This document shows positions 16,476 to 25,530 of a DNA stretch of 64,000 bases, piece after piece. A program made the translations under genes and the position numbers. Every line of letters starts with the position of its first letter. The stretch's first letter is position 1. The stretch spans positions 256,001 to 320,000 of IMG/VR virus record IMGVR_UViG_3300047160_036266. One strand, 5' to 3'. This DNA is from a virus (taxonomy: Duplodnaviria; Caudoviricetes). The notes under the pieces were generated by a model, which was given only the letters and a program-made list of their open reading frames with translations, had not been told where the DNA came from and did no database searches.

Positions 16476-17236
16476 AGGGACGCCTCGTAGAACGGGCAAA
16501 TCTGGTTGTAGTCGCAGCGCTGACAATGGAAGCCGACGTTGCCCCACACCGTTTCGGGCTTGGTGTCCTCGATGTCGTGATAAACCTGTTTCATCTCCTG
16601 CGCCGCTGCGTCCAGGGACTCCTGCGTGAACTTGGTGGAGATGAGTTCGCACCCTTCGAGATAAAACAGGGCGGCGCGAATGTCCTCGGCCTTGGCACCG
16701 AACTCCTTCTGCACGACCATCGCATAGACCCGGAGTTGAAGGTCGTCCACGATGCTGGTGGCGGTTTTGCGCCACGGGCCTTTCTTGGTCGTCTTGTAGT
16801 CGATAATGAAAAACTTGCCCCGGCGCTCGATCAGACGGTCGATGAAGCCCGTGATGTAGTGCTTGGTAGGTGGCTCCAGGTCGTAGTTGAAGGGCCACTC
16901 CAGCCTGCCGTCAAAGCCGATCTTTTCGGTGAGCTTCTTGATGCAGCGTAAGTGCTTGGGGAACTTGGAGTTGTACTCGCCCTGCATTTTGGGGGCGTGG
17001 ACGCCTTCTTTGAGAAGAATCCGCCCTTTCATCACGTCGGCGGCGACATCGGTAATTTGCCGTTTGCCGCCGGCACGCACATATTCTTCGGCTACCTTAT
17101 GGACGATATTGCCATAGGTAAGGTAGAATGGCGTTACCCCCTCTGGGATCACCTTCAGGTGGTAGCGGTATTTGTACTGCTGCTGACAAGTCTGCCAGAC
17201 GTTGGCCCTGGAGACGGAAATATGCTCTATGTTCAT
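16472..17236 (-). CDS. PD-(D/E)XK RecB-family exonuclease with an Fe-S-staple-type Cys arrangement
   Basis: GNIVHKVAE, GFIDRL and IIDYKT motifs, Q/L.VYA; one N-terminal Cys plus C-terminal CxxC-x5-C (CQRCDYNQIC). Confidence 0.88.
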   Translation of the reverse strand: MNIEHISVSRANVWQTCQQQYKYRYHLKVIPEGVTPFYLTYGNIVHKVAEEYVRAGGKRQITDVAADVMKGRILLKEGVHAPKMQGEYNSKFPKHLRCIKKLTEKIGFDGRLEWPFNYDLEPPTKHYITGFIDRLIERRGKFFIIDYKTTKKGPWRKTATSIVDDLQLRVYAMVVQKEFGAKAEDIRAALFYLEGCELISTKFTQESLDAAAQEMKQVYHDIEDTKPETVWGNVGFHCQRCDYNQICPFYEASL

Positions 17237-17249
17237 CAGAACAACCTTG

Positions 17250-17332
17250 TGGTATAATAGGCACGAGCGAGAAGATATTAGCCTGCGAGTGTCCGCAGGA
17301 GCTAGTTCGCTCGCTCGTGCTTAGATATTATA
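17250..17332. promoter_or_regulatory. Face-to-face -10 boxes flanking a ~64-nt hairpin
   Basis: TG-n-TATAAT on + (17250-17258); TATAAT on - (17327-17332); outer stem GCACGAGCGAG/CTCGCTCGTGC (17261-17271/17310-17320); inner stem CCTGCG/CGCAGG. Confidence 0.65.
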
Positions 17333-17365
17333 AACCTCTTGGGAACCCAGAAAAAGGCGTGATTC

Positions 17366-18406
17366 ATGGCCGTCGATTTTCAGCGCTTTGTGGATTGGGC
17401 CGAAAGCCGCTTTGATGATGTGATCGTCAAGGGCGGGGAAGTGCGGCTTAACTCCATCTTCAGCGACGAGCCAGACTCCCACTTCCACCTATGGTGCAGC
17501 CCCTCCGGGGGCAAGAAGCACCGTGATAACGGCGTGTTCCACTGCTTCAAGACCGACCGCAAGGGCAGCCTTATCACCCTCGTCATGGAAGTGGACAAGT
17601 GCGACTATGACGAGGCCCTGGCGACCCTGCGGGGCGAAACGTCCTTGCGGGTGTTGGAAGAAAAACTGGAGGAGTATTTAACCCAGCAGGAGGCTGCACC
17701 CAAGGCTGAAACCAAACTGTTCCTGCCGCCGCACGCAGCGATTATCAGCGCGAACCCGAATGGCTGGTGGGAACGCAAGGCCAGGGAATATTTGAAAAAG
17801 CGAGCCATCCCGGCGGACGAGTATTATATTTGCACGGACGGGCAATATAAAGGCCGCATCATCATTCCCTACTACGACCGCACCGGGAAACTCATTTACT
17901 GGAATGCCCGTGCCACCCACCCCAAGGCCAGACTTCGCTACGTCGGGCCTCCCAAGGACGTGGGCGTGGGCAAGGAGGACGTGGTTTACATGGACCATTG
18001 GCCCCCGGAAGGGGCCACCGTCCATCTTTGTGAGGGTGAGTTCAATGCCAAGAGCCTAAGCCTGGCAGGATTGCATGGGGCTGCCTGCGGCGGCAAAAGC
18101 ATGAGCGCTAAGCAGGCGGTAATCCTCAAGGATTATGCAATCGTGATCTGCCTCGACCGGGATAAGCCAGGCTGGAAAGGTGCTGCCAGCATGAGTGAAA
18201 AGCTCAGTGCCATCTCGGTGCGGCTGGGATTGCAAGATCGCCTGCTGCTGGTCCGGCCTCCGATGGGTTATAAGGACTGGAATGAGATGCTGGTCAAGTT
18301 TGGACCGGAAATATTGGCGGCGTATGTCGCCCGCAGCGCTAAACCGCTGGAACAACATACGCCGTTAGGGAAGTCGAATCTGTTCTTCAACCTGCGCGAC
18401 GTGTGA
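17366..18406 (+). CDS. dnaG: DNA primase (DnaG-like, zinc-binding domain plus TOPRIM)
   Basis: FHCFKTDRKG zinc-binding region; RIIIPYYD...YWNAR; TOPRIM LCEGEFNA and CLDRD; KDWNE. Confidence 0.88.
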   Translation: MAVDFQRFVDWAESRFDDVIVKGGEVRLNSIFSDEPDSHFHLWCSPSGGKKHRDNGVFHCFKTDRKGSLITLVMEVDKCDYDEALATLRGETSLRVLEEKLEEYLTQQEAAPKAETKLFLPPHAAIISANPNGWWERKAREYLKKRAIPADEYYICTDGQYKGRIIIPYYDRTGKLIYWNARATHPKARLRYVGPPKDVGVGKEDVVYMDHWPPEGATVHLCEGEFNAKSLSLAGLHGAACGGKSMSAKQAVILKDYAIVICLDRDKPGWKGAASMSEKLSAISVRLGLQDRLLLVRPPMGYKDWNEMLVKFGPEILAAYVARSAKPLEQHTPLGKSNLFFNLRDV

Positions 18407-18877
18407 CTACACCATTCGGTAGCCCAGAGAGGCCAGAAAAGTTGTGGCCTGCTGGGCATTTAGCTGGCTGCCAACAGGATATTGTCTGGTAAAGTTTTGC
18501 AATGCCTGTTGTTGCTGCTGTGGCGTTACCTGTTGGTGCTGGCCAGGAGTAGTGCCGGCAGCCGGTGCAGCGGCAGGAGCAGGAGCAGGTGCGGCAGCCA
18601 CAGGTGCCCCGTTCGTTTCACCGAATAGGTTACGATCCACAAGCCATTCCTTGAACTTCTTCGGCTTGTCCTCGTGCTTATATTTTTCCTTCTTCTCCGG
18701 CTTCTTCTTGCTCTTGGAAGTGTCGCCAGGCTCCGGCTTATAATGAGGCTTGGCCTTCTTTTTGTTTTTCATGTACCAGGCCAGGGCGAACGGGTTGTCG
18801 ATGTCCTTGTGGCGCTTCATAGCCTTGGTGGTTCCAGACCAACCAGGCGGCGATACTTCGTCAAGTCTCTTGTCCAT
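18407..18877 (-). CDS. Hypothetical, possible prohead core/internal protein
   Basis: Lys-rich N-half (PPGWSGTTKAMK..DNPFALAW), internal FKEWL motif, Ala/Pro/Gln-rich C-half; SD AGGGGAG. Confidence 0.65.
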   Translation of the reverse strand: MDKRLDEVSPPGWSGTTKAMKRHKDIDNPFALAWYMKNKKKAKPHYKPEPGDTSKSKKKPEKKEKYKHEDKPKKFKEWLVDRNLFGETNGAPVAAAPAPAPAAAPAAGTTPGQHQQVTPQQQQQALQNFTRQYPVGSQLNAQQATTFLASLGYRMV

Positions 18878-18893
18878 TTTACTCCCCTAATGT

Positions 18894-19259
18894 ATGAACC
18901 TTACATACTTTGTCGGCAAAGCTTGTTCCGTATTTACGCACCCGGTCAACAGGAATTTTAACGAGAAACAGCTTCAGGACTATTTTGTTGGTCTGGTGGA
19001 ATCCGTTGATGCCAGGGGCGTTTGGACAACCCACCCCATCACGGGCTGCAAGAACTACTATCCGATGGAGAATATTATCGCCATCTGCGAGGAACAAGTT
19101 GTCCATGACCAGAAAATACTTGAGAAGTACAAGGAAGCCAAAAAGGAAGTCGAGGCACCGATAGCTACGCCAGGGGATACAACTTTCATCGACCATGAGA
19201 TGATGGTCCGGCTATCACAGCAGGCCAAGCAACTCAGTCGGAAGCCAGGCGCTTCTTGA
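18894..19259 (+). CDS. Hypothetical protein, possible Sm-like fold
   Basis: 121-aa ORF; YFVGKACSVFT...FVGLVESVDARGVWT pattern. Confidence 0.6.
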   Translation: MNLTYFVGKACSVFTHPVNRNFNEKQLQDYFVGLVESVDARGVWTTHPITGCKNYYPMENIIAICEEQVVHDQKILEKYKEAKKEVEAPIATPGDTTFIDHEMMVRLSQQAKQLSRKPGAS

Positions 19260-21408
19260 AATATTCGTGACGCTGGGATAAGGGCAGATGGGCGTACTCA
19301 GATCGCAATATTGGTTTGCCGCCTTCGCGCAGGAGCTTCCGATAGCGAGCTATCAACTCGATTGATTCGGGGAACTTATCTAATTCTGGCATGAGGCCAC
19401 CAAGGTCGGCGTCGGGGTCCGAGTCCTTGTCACGGGTGCGGCCCGCAAAGAGCAACCTCTTTACTTTCTCGATCTCGCCCGCCTTCAAATCTCGCTTTAA
19501 CTCTTCCATTTCCGCTGCGTTAATGCGTCCTTCCCCAGCAAGGGTGTCGATTTGGCTTACTAACTCCTTTGGGTCATCTTCCGGCTTTTTCTTCTTGCCT
19601 CTCGACGGCCTCCGCTGGAAATGTCCTTCGATCTTCCTTTGCACCGATTCCTCGGTGTCACCCTCGTGTTCGATGCGGCTCAAGTGCGGGGCATGTTCGG
19701 ACATATATTCATCGTAGATGTCCGGGTAGTAGCGCTTGATGATCTCTATGCGAGGATCGCCCTTGCGTAGTACCTTGGGCAGCACAACCCGTAATTTGCC
19801 AGCGTTATGGCCCCGGCCCTCCTTACCTGCGTTCCCCTTGCGATTGAGATGGTCTTTTTCATCCTGCGGTAGTGACATCCAGGGGTGCCAAACGGCATCC
19901 AGTATTTCCCTTTGCTCATCGGTTAGGGTGTGGAGATGCCGCTTGCGCAAGTCCGTCAATGTTTTTATAACATGCGGTCGGTTAGCATCACTGAGAAGTT
20001 CCTTATAACGCTCGCTTCGGCCAGGAGCCGCCGTATGCTCTGGTCCTTCCGGGACCGGACCTGGCACACCTTCGTCCTCATGCTCCTCCTCGGCCTCCGG
20101 TTCCTCTGGCTCAATCGGCGGTGCGGCAGTTGGCTTTTCTGGCGTACCCTCCAGAGAATAGGGTTCCCCCTCCTGCGTTGGGGCGTGAGGTATCCGATTG
20201 TAGAGGGCGGCGGGACTTAACATGCTGCCGGCAGGATCGCTGGCCTTTACCCCGAACTTAACCTTGCCGCCCTTGGTTTCTCCGATGGCATCCCAATGGG
20301 CAAAGGCAGCCTTGACCCAGGCCCATACCCGGCGCTTGTGATCGAGGTCCGATTCGTCTTTCCCTTGTGAGGGTATGTCACCTGGCCACGGTGGGACCGG
20401 CCCTTGGGCCTTGTCCTTCTTCTTTTTTCCCGGTTTCTTGACTGGTGGTTCCTCTTCTTCCGCTTCCGCTTCCGCTTCCGCTTCCGGTGAAAAGGACGCA
20501 GGTGGGGCGTGTAGTCCGGCGGCGGGCACTGGCGGCAGGTTTTGCGGCATACTGGCCCGTCCTGAAGGTTTTAGGGTTCCTTCTTCATCCTCTGCCCCGC
20601 CATGACGGCCCATTTCCTCATGGGAGGCTGGCGATAAACCATCGCTGCGCCGTGCAGGCACGTCCGGTTCTTCGTCTGGCTCTTCTACTGGCGGTTCGCC
20701 TTCGGGCGCTGGAGCCGATGGCCTTTCTGGGGGCGGTTCTTCTTCTGGCGGTCCTTCGTCTGGCGGTGGCTCCTCCTCTGGTAGCTGTTCGGCATCGGGC
20801 CGCTGCTGCGTTGCTGGCGTGGGGTCCATGTAGTTGGCACCAATATTGACTGCATTCTGCATGGACCGCTGGAATTCCCTCTTTATGTCCTGAATATAGC
20901 GCATGATAGCTCTGGTGGCGTCATCACGCCAGTTGTCCAAGGCCCGATCAATTTGCAGTACGCCCTGCCCGGCCACCGCTGCTTCGAGGAGGGTGCTGAG
21001 TTCAGTAACAGTGCGGTATTCGGCAATTGAAAGCACCCGTTCCCCGGTCCACTCCGGCACGGTTTCTCCCCAGGCACCCAGCCGGTTGCGATAGTAATAA
21101 GGGTTGCTCGTTGCATCAGCCCCGTGCCACAGGTTTTTCCACCAGTTGGCAATGCGCGTGCCGATGCCACGTTGCGCCGTAACCCCGCCTGGTCCTTTTA
21201 GCTGGTTACTCAGGTCTTTGACTAATTTTTGTATCTCTCTAGGTAGTTCTTGCTCAATGCGGGCAAATTCGGCGTCCATATTTTGAACGAGATTATGGAG
21301 CGTTTGCTGAATAAGCGGACCAGCACCCCTGGCCGGTGGTGGTTCAGCCTGGGGCGCTGCTTGGCGGGCCTCGTTGGTCTTCTTCAGATAGGTGGCAAAA
21401 TCACGCAT
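19234..21408 (-). CDS. Large Pro/Glu-rich hypothetical protein with a CTS-like N-terminus
   Basis: 724 aa starting MRDFATYLKKTNE; long disordered P/E segments; SD AGGAG and TATATA at 21429-21434. Confidence 0.8.
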   Translation of the reverse strand: MRDFATYLKKTNEARQAAPQAEPPPARGAGPLIQQTLHNLVQNMDAEFARIEQELPREIQKLVKDLSNQLKGPGGVTAQRGIGTRIANWWKNLWHGADATSNPYYYRNRLGAWGETVPEWTGERVLSIAEYRTVTELSTLLEAAVAGQGVLQIDRALDNWRDDATRAIMRYIQDIKREFQRSMQNAVNIGANYMDPTPATQQRPDAEQLPEEEPPPDEGPPEEEPPPERPSAPAPEGEPPVEEPDEEPDVPARRSDGLSPASHEEMGRHGGAEDEEGTLKPSGRASMPQNLPPVPAAGLHAPPASFSPEAEAEAEAEEEEPPVKKPGKKKKDKAQGPVPPWPGDIPSQGKDESDLDHKRRVWAWVKAAFAHWDAIGETKGGKVKFGVKASDPAGSMLSPAALYNRIPHAPTQEGEPYSLEGTPEKPTAAPPIEPEEPEAEEEHEDEGVPGPVPEGPEHTAAPGRSERYKELLSDANRPHVIKTLTDLRKRHLHTLTDEQREILDAVWHPWMSLPQDEKDHLNRKGNAGKEGRGHNAGKLRVVLPKVLRKGDPRIEIIKRYYPDIYDEYMSEHAPHLSRIEHEGDTEESVQRKIEGHFQRRPSRGKKKKPEDDPKELVSQIDTLAGEGRINAAEMEELKRDLKAGEIEKVKRLLFAGRTRDKDSDPDADLGGLMPELDKFPESIELIARYRKLLREGGKPILRSEYAHLPLSQRHEYFKKRLASD

Positions 21409-21445
21409 TTGACTCCTAAAGCTAAAGCTATATATTTGCTTCAGG

Positions 21446-21913
21446 CTATTTTGTTCGGGACGTGTCGGTGATAAACTCTCCGATTTTCTTCAGCGACATG
21501 AGGCAGGAGTCGAACTTGTGGAAGTCGCTGGAGAGGTATTCCAGTGTCAATTCGTCAAATTGTTTGGACTCGTCCTCGCTGGTGGCTTCAAAATATACGG
21601 CCTTGCCCTTGCGACCCACTACGCGAAATTTGTGCATGAGAAGGAAGGCGGCAGCGCCCAGGTCGGTAACGAACTTCTGGGCACGAGGTTCGCACACCGA
21701 TTCATCTATTTTTTTGAGTGACATCAGGCAGGAGTCAAAGCGGTGGAACTCACTGGACAGGTATTCCAGTTTCAAGTTATCGAACTCCGGTCCTTGCTGG
21801 TCATCGACCTCGAAGAATATTGACTTCCCCTGCCTGCCGATGACCTTGTGTTCGTGCATCAGGATATATGCTGCGGCCCCAAGGTCGGAGACACCTTTCT
21901 GCAACTTTTTCAT
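21446..21913 (-). CDS. Protein made of two tandem copies of a ~75-aa domain (DUF5659-like, tentative)
   Basis: Both halves share DLGAAA(Y/F)xLMH ... EYLSS(E/D)FH(R/K)FDSCLMSLKKI. Confidence 0.8.
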   Translation of the reverse strand: MKKLQKGVSDLGAAAYILMHEHKVIGRQGKSIFFEVDDQQGPEFDNLKLEYLSSEFHRFDSCLMSLKKIDESVCEPRAQKFVTDLGAAAFLLMHKFRVVGRKGKAVYFEATSEDESKQFDELTLEYLSSDFHKFDSCLMSLKKIGEFITDTSRTK

Positions 21914-21928
21914 CTACACCTTTCTTTC

Positions 21929-21965
21929 AATGCCCGGCAGTATGAGAGTGATACTGCCGGGCATT
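21929..21965. repeat. Perfect 15-bp inverted repeat with a 7-nt loop
   Basis: AATGCCCGGCAGTAT-GAGAGTG-ATACTGCCGGGCATT, intergenic. Confidence 0.9.
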
Positions 21966-21976
21966 TGTGCTTCATA

Positions 21977-22573
21977 TCAGAATAACTTTTTGATCTTCTT
22001 GGCGAGGATGCTTGCGATCACCTGATCGGCGGTCTTATCGCTGACCAGTTTCTTCAAGGCACAGAAGACCTCCTTAACGTCCTTGTGCGATATATTCGTA
22101 GTCGCACCGTTGACCTGTAGGTTGCCGCCTGCCTCCCACTTGATGTCACACTTGGGGCATTTCGCCGCCAGGAGGTTAGTCAAACGGTCGGGGTTCGCCG
22201 TCTGGAATTCGGGGAAGACTTCCCCGATCTGGCACCACAACTGGTCGATGTTGTTCAGGAGCGGACAGCCGTTATCGACCATTCGATCCTTCTTGGCCCT
22301 GGCAGCGTAAATTGAATCGGCGCTGCCCATGCCCGCCTCGTCCATGTCCCTCTTGACGATCTCTTGTATTTCCTCCCTGGTGTAATTGTGGCCTTCGTGC
22401 CACTGCTGGAAGGGCTTGAGCTTTGTTTTCTCGCCCAGGATATGCTCCCCAGGTTCCTTCCGTCCCATCATTTCTTCTTGCTCGGCAAAGAGGTTCCTGG
22501 CGAAGCAATTGATCGCGTCGTCAATGAACGATGATTTGGTTTGTTCTTTGTCGTTGTTTATAGACTCATCCAT
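21977..22573 (-). CDS. Hypothetical protein
   Basis: 198-aa ORF with SD AAAGGA, directly downstream of the actin-like gene. Confidence 0.75.
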   Translation of the reverse strand: MDESINNDKEQTKSSFIDDAINCFARNLFAEQEEMMGRKEPGEHILGEKTKLKPFQQWHEGHNYTREEIQEIVKRDMDEAGMGSADSIYAARAKKDRMVDNGCPLLNNIDQLWCQIGEVFPEFQTANPDRLTNLLAAKCPKCDIKWEAGGNLQVNGATTNISHKDVKEVFCALKKLVSDKTADQVIASILAKKIKKLF

Positions 22574-22583
22574 TTTGTTCCTT

Positions 22584-23594
22584 TCACTTAACTGATGCTT
22601 CGGCAGCTATCAAGCAGCCACGGGACACGCTGAAAAGGGGATCGGCTGGCCGGATGATCTCCCCAATAGGAATGGGGAGCTTGGCCTGGGTTACGACATC
22701 CTTGAACAGTTGCCCGAACCCGTGAGGGCAAGACACGCCGCCGGCAATAACGATGTCTACCGGGGCGTCCGCCCGCACCTGTTTCGATTCCTTCGTCAGT
22801 CCTTCCTTTATGCCCCTGACCGTGTTCTCAATCATGATCCGGTACTGCGTCTGAATCGCCCGCTCAACAAGGCTGTTGGGGGCTTTGGCCAGGTCTACCT
22901 TCATTTTTTCTTTGTTGATGAAGGTTGGACTGTCGCCGGTGGCTTTGGCAGCCATCTTGTCAATCCAGTCGCCACTATGTACCAACGCGAATTTGAACAC
23001 GGGGTTGCCGAACATGGAGAAACACAGATTCACCATGCCGGCACCAAATGAAATCCCGATGCCTGTATAAGCCTTCTTGCCTAGTTCGGCGTATACCAAT
23101 GCCAGGCCCTCGTTGATCGGATGCGGGTCTACCGAAAAGCCGTTCTCGGCCTTGAAAGCCTTGAATATCGACTCCAGTATTTTCTGGTGGTAAATCGCGT
23201 CGGTTTCTTCGTTGATGGCGTTGGCGGGCACGCTGAAAAAGAGAACTTCCTTTTCTCGTTTTACACCTTCCAGCAGGCTATGGACCATGATGCTGAGAAT
23301 CTGGAAGGCGTCCCGTTCCTTGGGGTTGACACAACCCTGGTGCATGGGCCGTTTGAGGTCGAGGCTCGTCAACGTGTAAGCCATGTTGACTGCCGCTTCG
23401 CCCAGGGCGTAGCCCACGTCGGCGCGCTCTATGAGAGGCACGCCTGCGGTCTTCATCATGGTAAAGACGAAACGATCCTCCAGGGGTATTTCCAAGAAGG
23501 CGTTGACCTCACGCTTATGCACGAAGTTGCCCTTCTCATCCCTGTGGCAACAGACTAGGTTGTACGTTCCGGCATCGAATCCTACTGGCATCAT
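22584..23594 (-). CDS. Actin-fold ATPase (MreB/FtsA/ParM superfamily)
   Basis: Phosphate-1 VGFDAGTYN, connect-1 INEGLA, phosphate-2 GISFGAGMVN, adenosine IVIAGGVS. Confidence 0.85.
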   Translation of the reverse strand: MMPVGFDAGTYNLVCCHRDEKGNFVHKREVNAFLEIPLEDRFVFTMMKTAGVPLIERADVGYALGEAAVNMAYTLTSLDLKRPMHQGCVNPKERDAFQILSIMVHSLLEGVKREKEVLFFSVPANAINEETDAIYHQKILESIFKAFKAENGFSVDPHPINEGLALVYAELGKKAYTGIGISFGAGMVNLCFSMFGNPVFKFALVHSGDWIDKMAAKATGDSPTFINKEKMKVDLAKAPNSLVERAIQTQYRIMIENTVRGIKEGLTKESKQVRADAPVDIVIAGGVSCPHGFGQLFKDVVTQAKLPIPIGEIIRPADPLFSVSRGCLIAAEASVK

Positions 23595-23809
23595 TCCTCC
23601 TGGTACTTACCGAACTTGATCTTGGACGAGGTAAAATCGGGTATCGCCCATTCTACCTTATCCTCTGGAGTTTCGGGGGAAACGGTCCTTGCCGCTACCT
23701 TCACTCCATCGGCGTTGAGGTTGATGTTCAGTTCCAAGACTATGGAAACGGTACACTCACCTTGCTGCGTCACAACCCGGACTTCATGGGGCTTGATAAG
23801 CTGTGGCAT
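23591..23809 (-). CDS. Small hypothetical protein translationally coupled to the actin-like gene
   Basis: 72 aa; ATGA overlap at 23591-23594; TAGATA on the minus strand 6 nt upstream of its start. Confidence 0.75.
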   Translation of the reverse strand: MPQLIKPHEVRVVTQQGECTVSIVLELNINLNADGVKVAARTVSPETPEDKVEWAIPDFTSSKIKFGKYQEE

Positions 23810-23839
23810 ATCAGCTATCTAGCCCGTAATTTCCCCGTT

Positions 23840-24802
23840 TTAACTGAGTGTGATAGGCCATTTTTGGAACATTCTTTCAAGACCGTTGGCCAGGATGTCC
23901 GGCGTCAGTTCGGTTAGACACGGCTTGAGTACGTCCTTGCACTTGGGGCATTGCGGCCACGCAAAGCAGGGACCACAATCCCAATTGCCATCGTCCCGGT
24001 GCTTCTGGACCAGCACGAAATCGTAATATTTGCCGTAAACCTTGCCGTCAATAAAGGTGAAAATACCCGTCAGCGGCTTCTTCAAACCGCCGGCGCAATG
24101 GAAGGTGGACGTATCCACGCTTACCACATAGTCGGCACAGTCAATAACGGCCATCCACTGCTTGTGACCTATATTCCAGATGGTCGAGAAGGGCTTGAGA
24201 TCGTAGAGCGGACTGTTGTGGAGGCCAACAACGAAGCAGCCTTTTTGGTGGAGGTATTTGGCAACCATCATCATTTGCTGCTTGCTCAAGTTCTTCCCAG
24301 CTTGGGCGGAAACGGGTGAGAAGACCACGGTTGGCCCCTTATGCTTGCCTTTAAGCTGCCTGATTTTGTCAATCGCCCAGCGCTTTGCTTCCTGGTCGAT
24401 GTGCAGGTGCATGTTGTGTTTGGTAAGAATGACCCCGCAATGGCTGGCCCAGATGTCGCTCCGGTGTTTGTCGGCAAAGGGGGCAACCTGAGCCTCGTAG
24501 CGGCCACAGGCCGTAGTGGTGTTGTAACTAATCAGGTAGTCGTGCAGTCTCACCGTTCGGCAGTTTACTACCTCGTCCACAAAGGGGTGGTTCTCGGAGG
24601 CGTGAATATAATCCGGGGGCACCGCCCAGACGATCTTGCAACCTGGAAAAACCCGTTTGAAGTCCTCAAACATCATGCGGTGCATCAGGATGTCTCCCAG
24701 CCCGCCGCACTCTCGAACAATCAACACGGTGTTCCGTTTGTTATAGAAATCGCGTAGGCCCACGGGCGAGGGCGGTTTGGGGTGACGAATCAGCTTGACC
24801 AT
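23840..24802 (-). CDS. Glycosyltransferase family 9 (heptosyltransferase-like, GT-B)
   Basis: GGLGDILM...FPGCKIVWAV; HPFVDEV; ADYVVSVDTSTFHCAGGLKKPLTGIF. Confidence 0.88.
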   Translation of the reverse strand: MVKLIRHPKPPSPVGLRDFYNKRNTVLIVRECGGLGDILMHRMMFEDFKRVFPGCKIVWAVPPDYIHASENHPFVDEVVNCRTVRLHDYLISYNTTTACGRYEAQVAPFADKHRSDIWASHCGVILTKHNMHLHIDQEAKRWAIDKIRQLKGKHKGPTVVFSPVSAQAGKNLSKQQMMMVAKYLHQKGCFVVGLHNSPLYDLKPFSTIWNIGHKQWMAVIDCADYVVSVDTSTFHCAGGLKKPLTGIFTFIDGKVYGKYYDFVLVQKHRDDGNWDCGPCFAWPQCPKCKDVLKPCLTELTPDILANGLERMFQKWPITLS

Positions 24803-24807
24803 GCTAT

Positions 24808-24840
24808 AAAAGAGAAGCAGCCCGGAAATATCCGGGCTGC
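24808..24840 (-). terminator. Rho-independent terminator
   Basis: 10-bp stem GCAGCCCGGA/TCCGGGCTGC with a 4-nt loop, followed on the minus strand by TTCTCTTTT. Confidence 0.7.
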
Positions 24841-24868
24841 CGGTAGCAAGTTCTGCATGAAGAACTCG

Positions 24869-25486
24869 TTAGCTGTTGCACATGGAGGTCACGGAGGCGA
24901 GTACCGACACCGATACGGTGGTGGCACCGGAAGTGCTGTTGTCGAACTCCAGCTTGCTGACCGTCAAATCGCCAGCGTTGAAGACCTGAGTTACCAGGCC
25001 ACCTAACGTGAATACCGCATTGGTATTGCCGTTGAGGCGAACCTTGACGCCGTTCGCGCTGTTGTTGGTCAACTGGACGAACGAGGCCGGGTTGCCATAC
25101 GTTCCAACGAAGTCGATGACGTTGGCCGGGGTGCTGTAGCTCGTGCCGCCGACAACATTCAGGTTTTGGGCAACCGGGAAGTTGTTTTCCGGGGCGAAGT
25201 CAGAGTAAACGCTACCGTCATCCGTTACCACATTGATGAAAGCCTGGTCCAGAGGAACCTGCGGATAGGCAAACCGCTTCCAATAGTTGCAGTCCGTGAA
25301 GGTCTGGCCGTCACGGAGCTTGCGCCAGGTCCGGTTGGGTCCGGTGACATAAATCGTGCGCTGAATCGACGGGTTCATCTGCACGCCCAACTGATCGACG
25401 CTCGATGGCACTATTGCCTGCGTGGTCGGGTTAATGTCCATATAACCCTGGTAGGGGTTGTTCAAAGCCACTTGAAATACGCTCAT
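24869..25486 (-). CDS. Probable virion structural protein
   Basis: 205 aa, Asn/Val/Thr-rich beta composition; SD AAGGAG. Confidence 0.65.
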   Translation of the reverse strand: MSVFQVALNNPYQGYMDINPTTQAIVPSSVDQLGVQMNPSIQRTIYVTGPNRTWRKLRDGQTFTDCNYWKRFAYPQVPLDQAFINVVTDDGSVYSDFAPENNFPVAQNLNVVGGTSYSTPANVIDFVGTYGNPASFVQLTNNSANGVKVRLNGNTNAVFTLGGLVTQVFNAGDLTVSKLEFDNSTSGATTVSVSVLASVTSMCNS

Positions 25487-25530
25487 TGTTCTCCTTGAGT
25501 GTGATTCCCTGTCCTGGTCTTCGGGTGTAT

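Noticed and set aside
16472-17236. Cas4 / CRISPR-Cas locus
   Set aside because: No other cas genes or array in the window; standalone RecB-like nucleases are common in phages.
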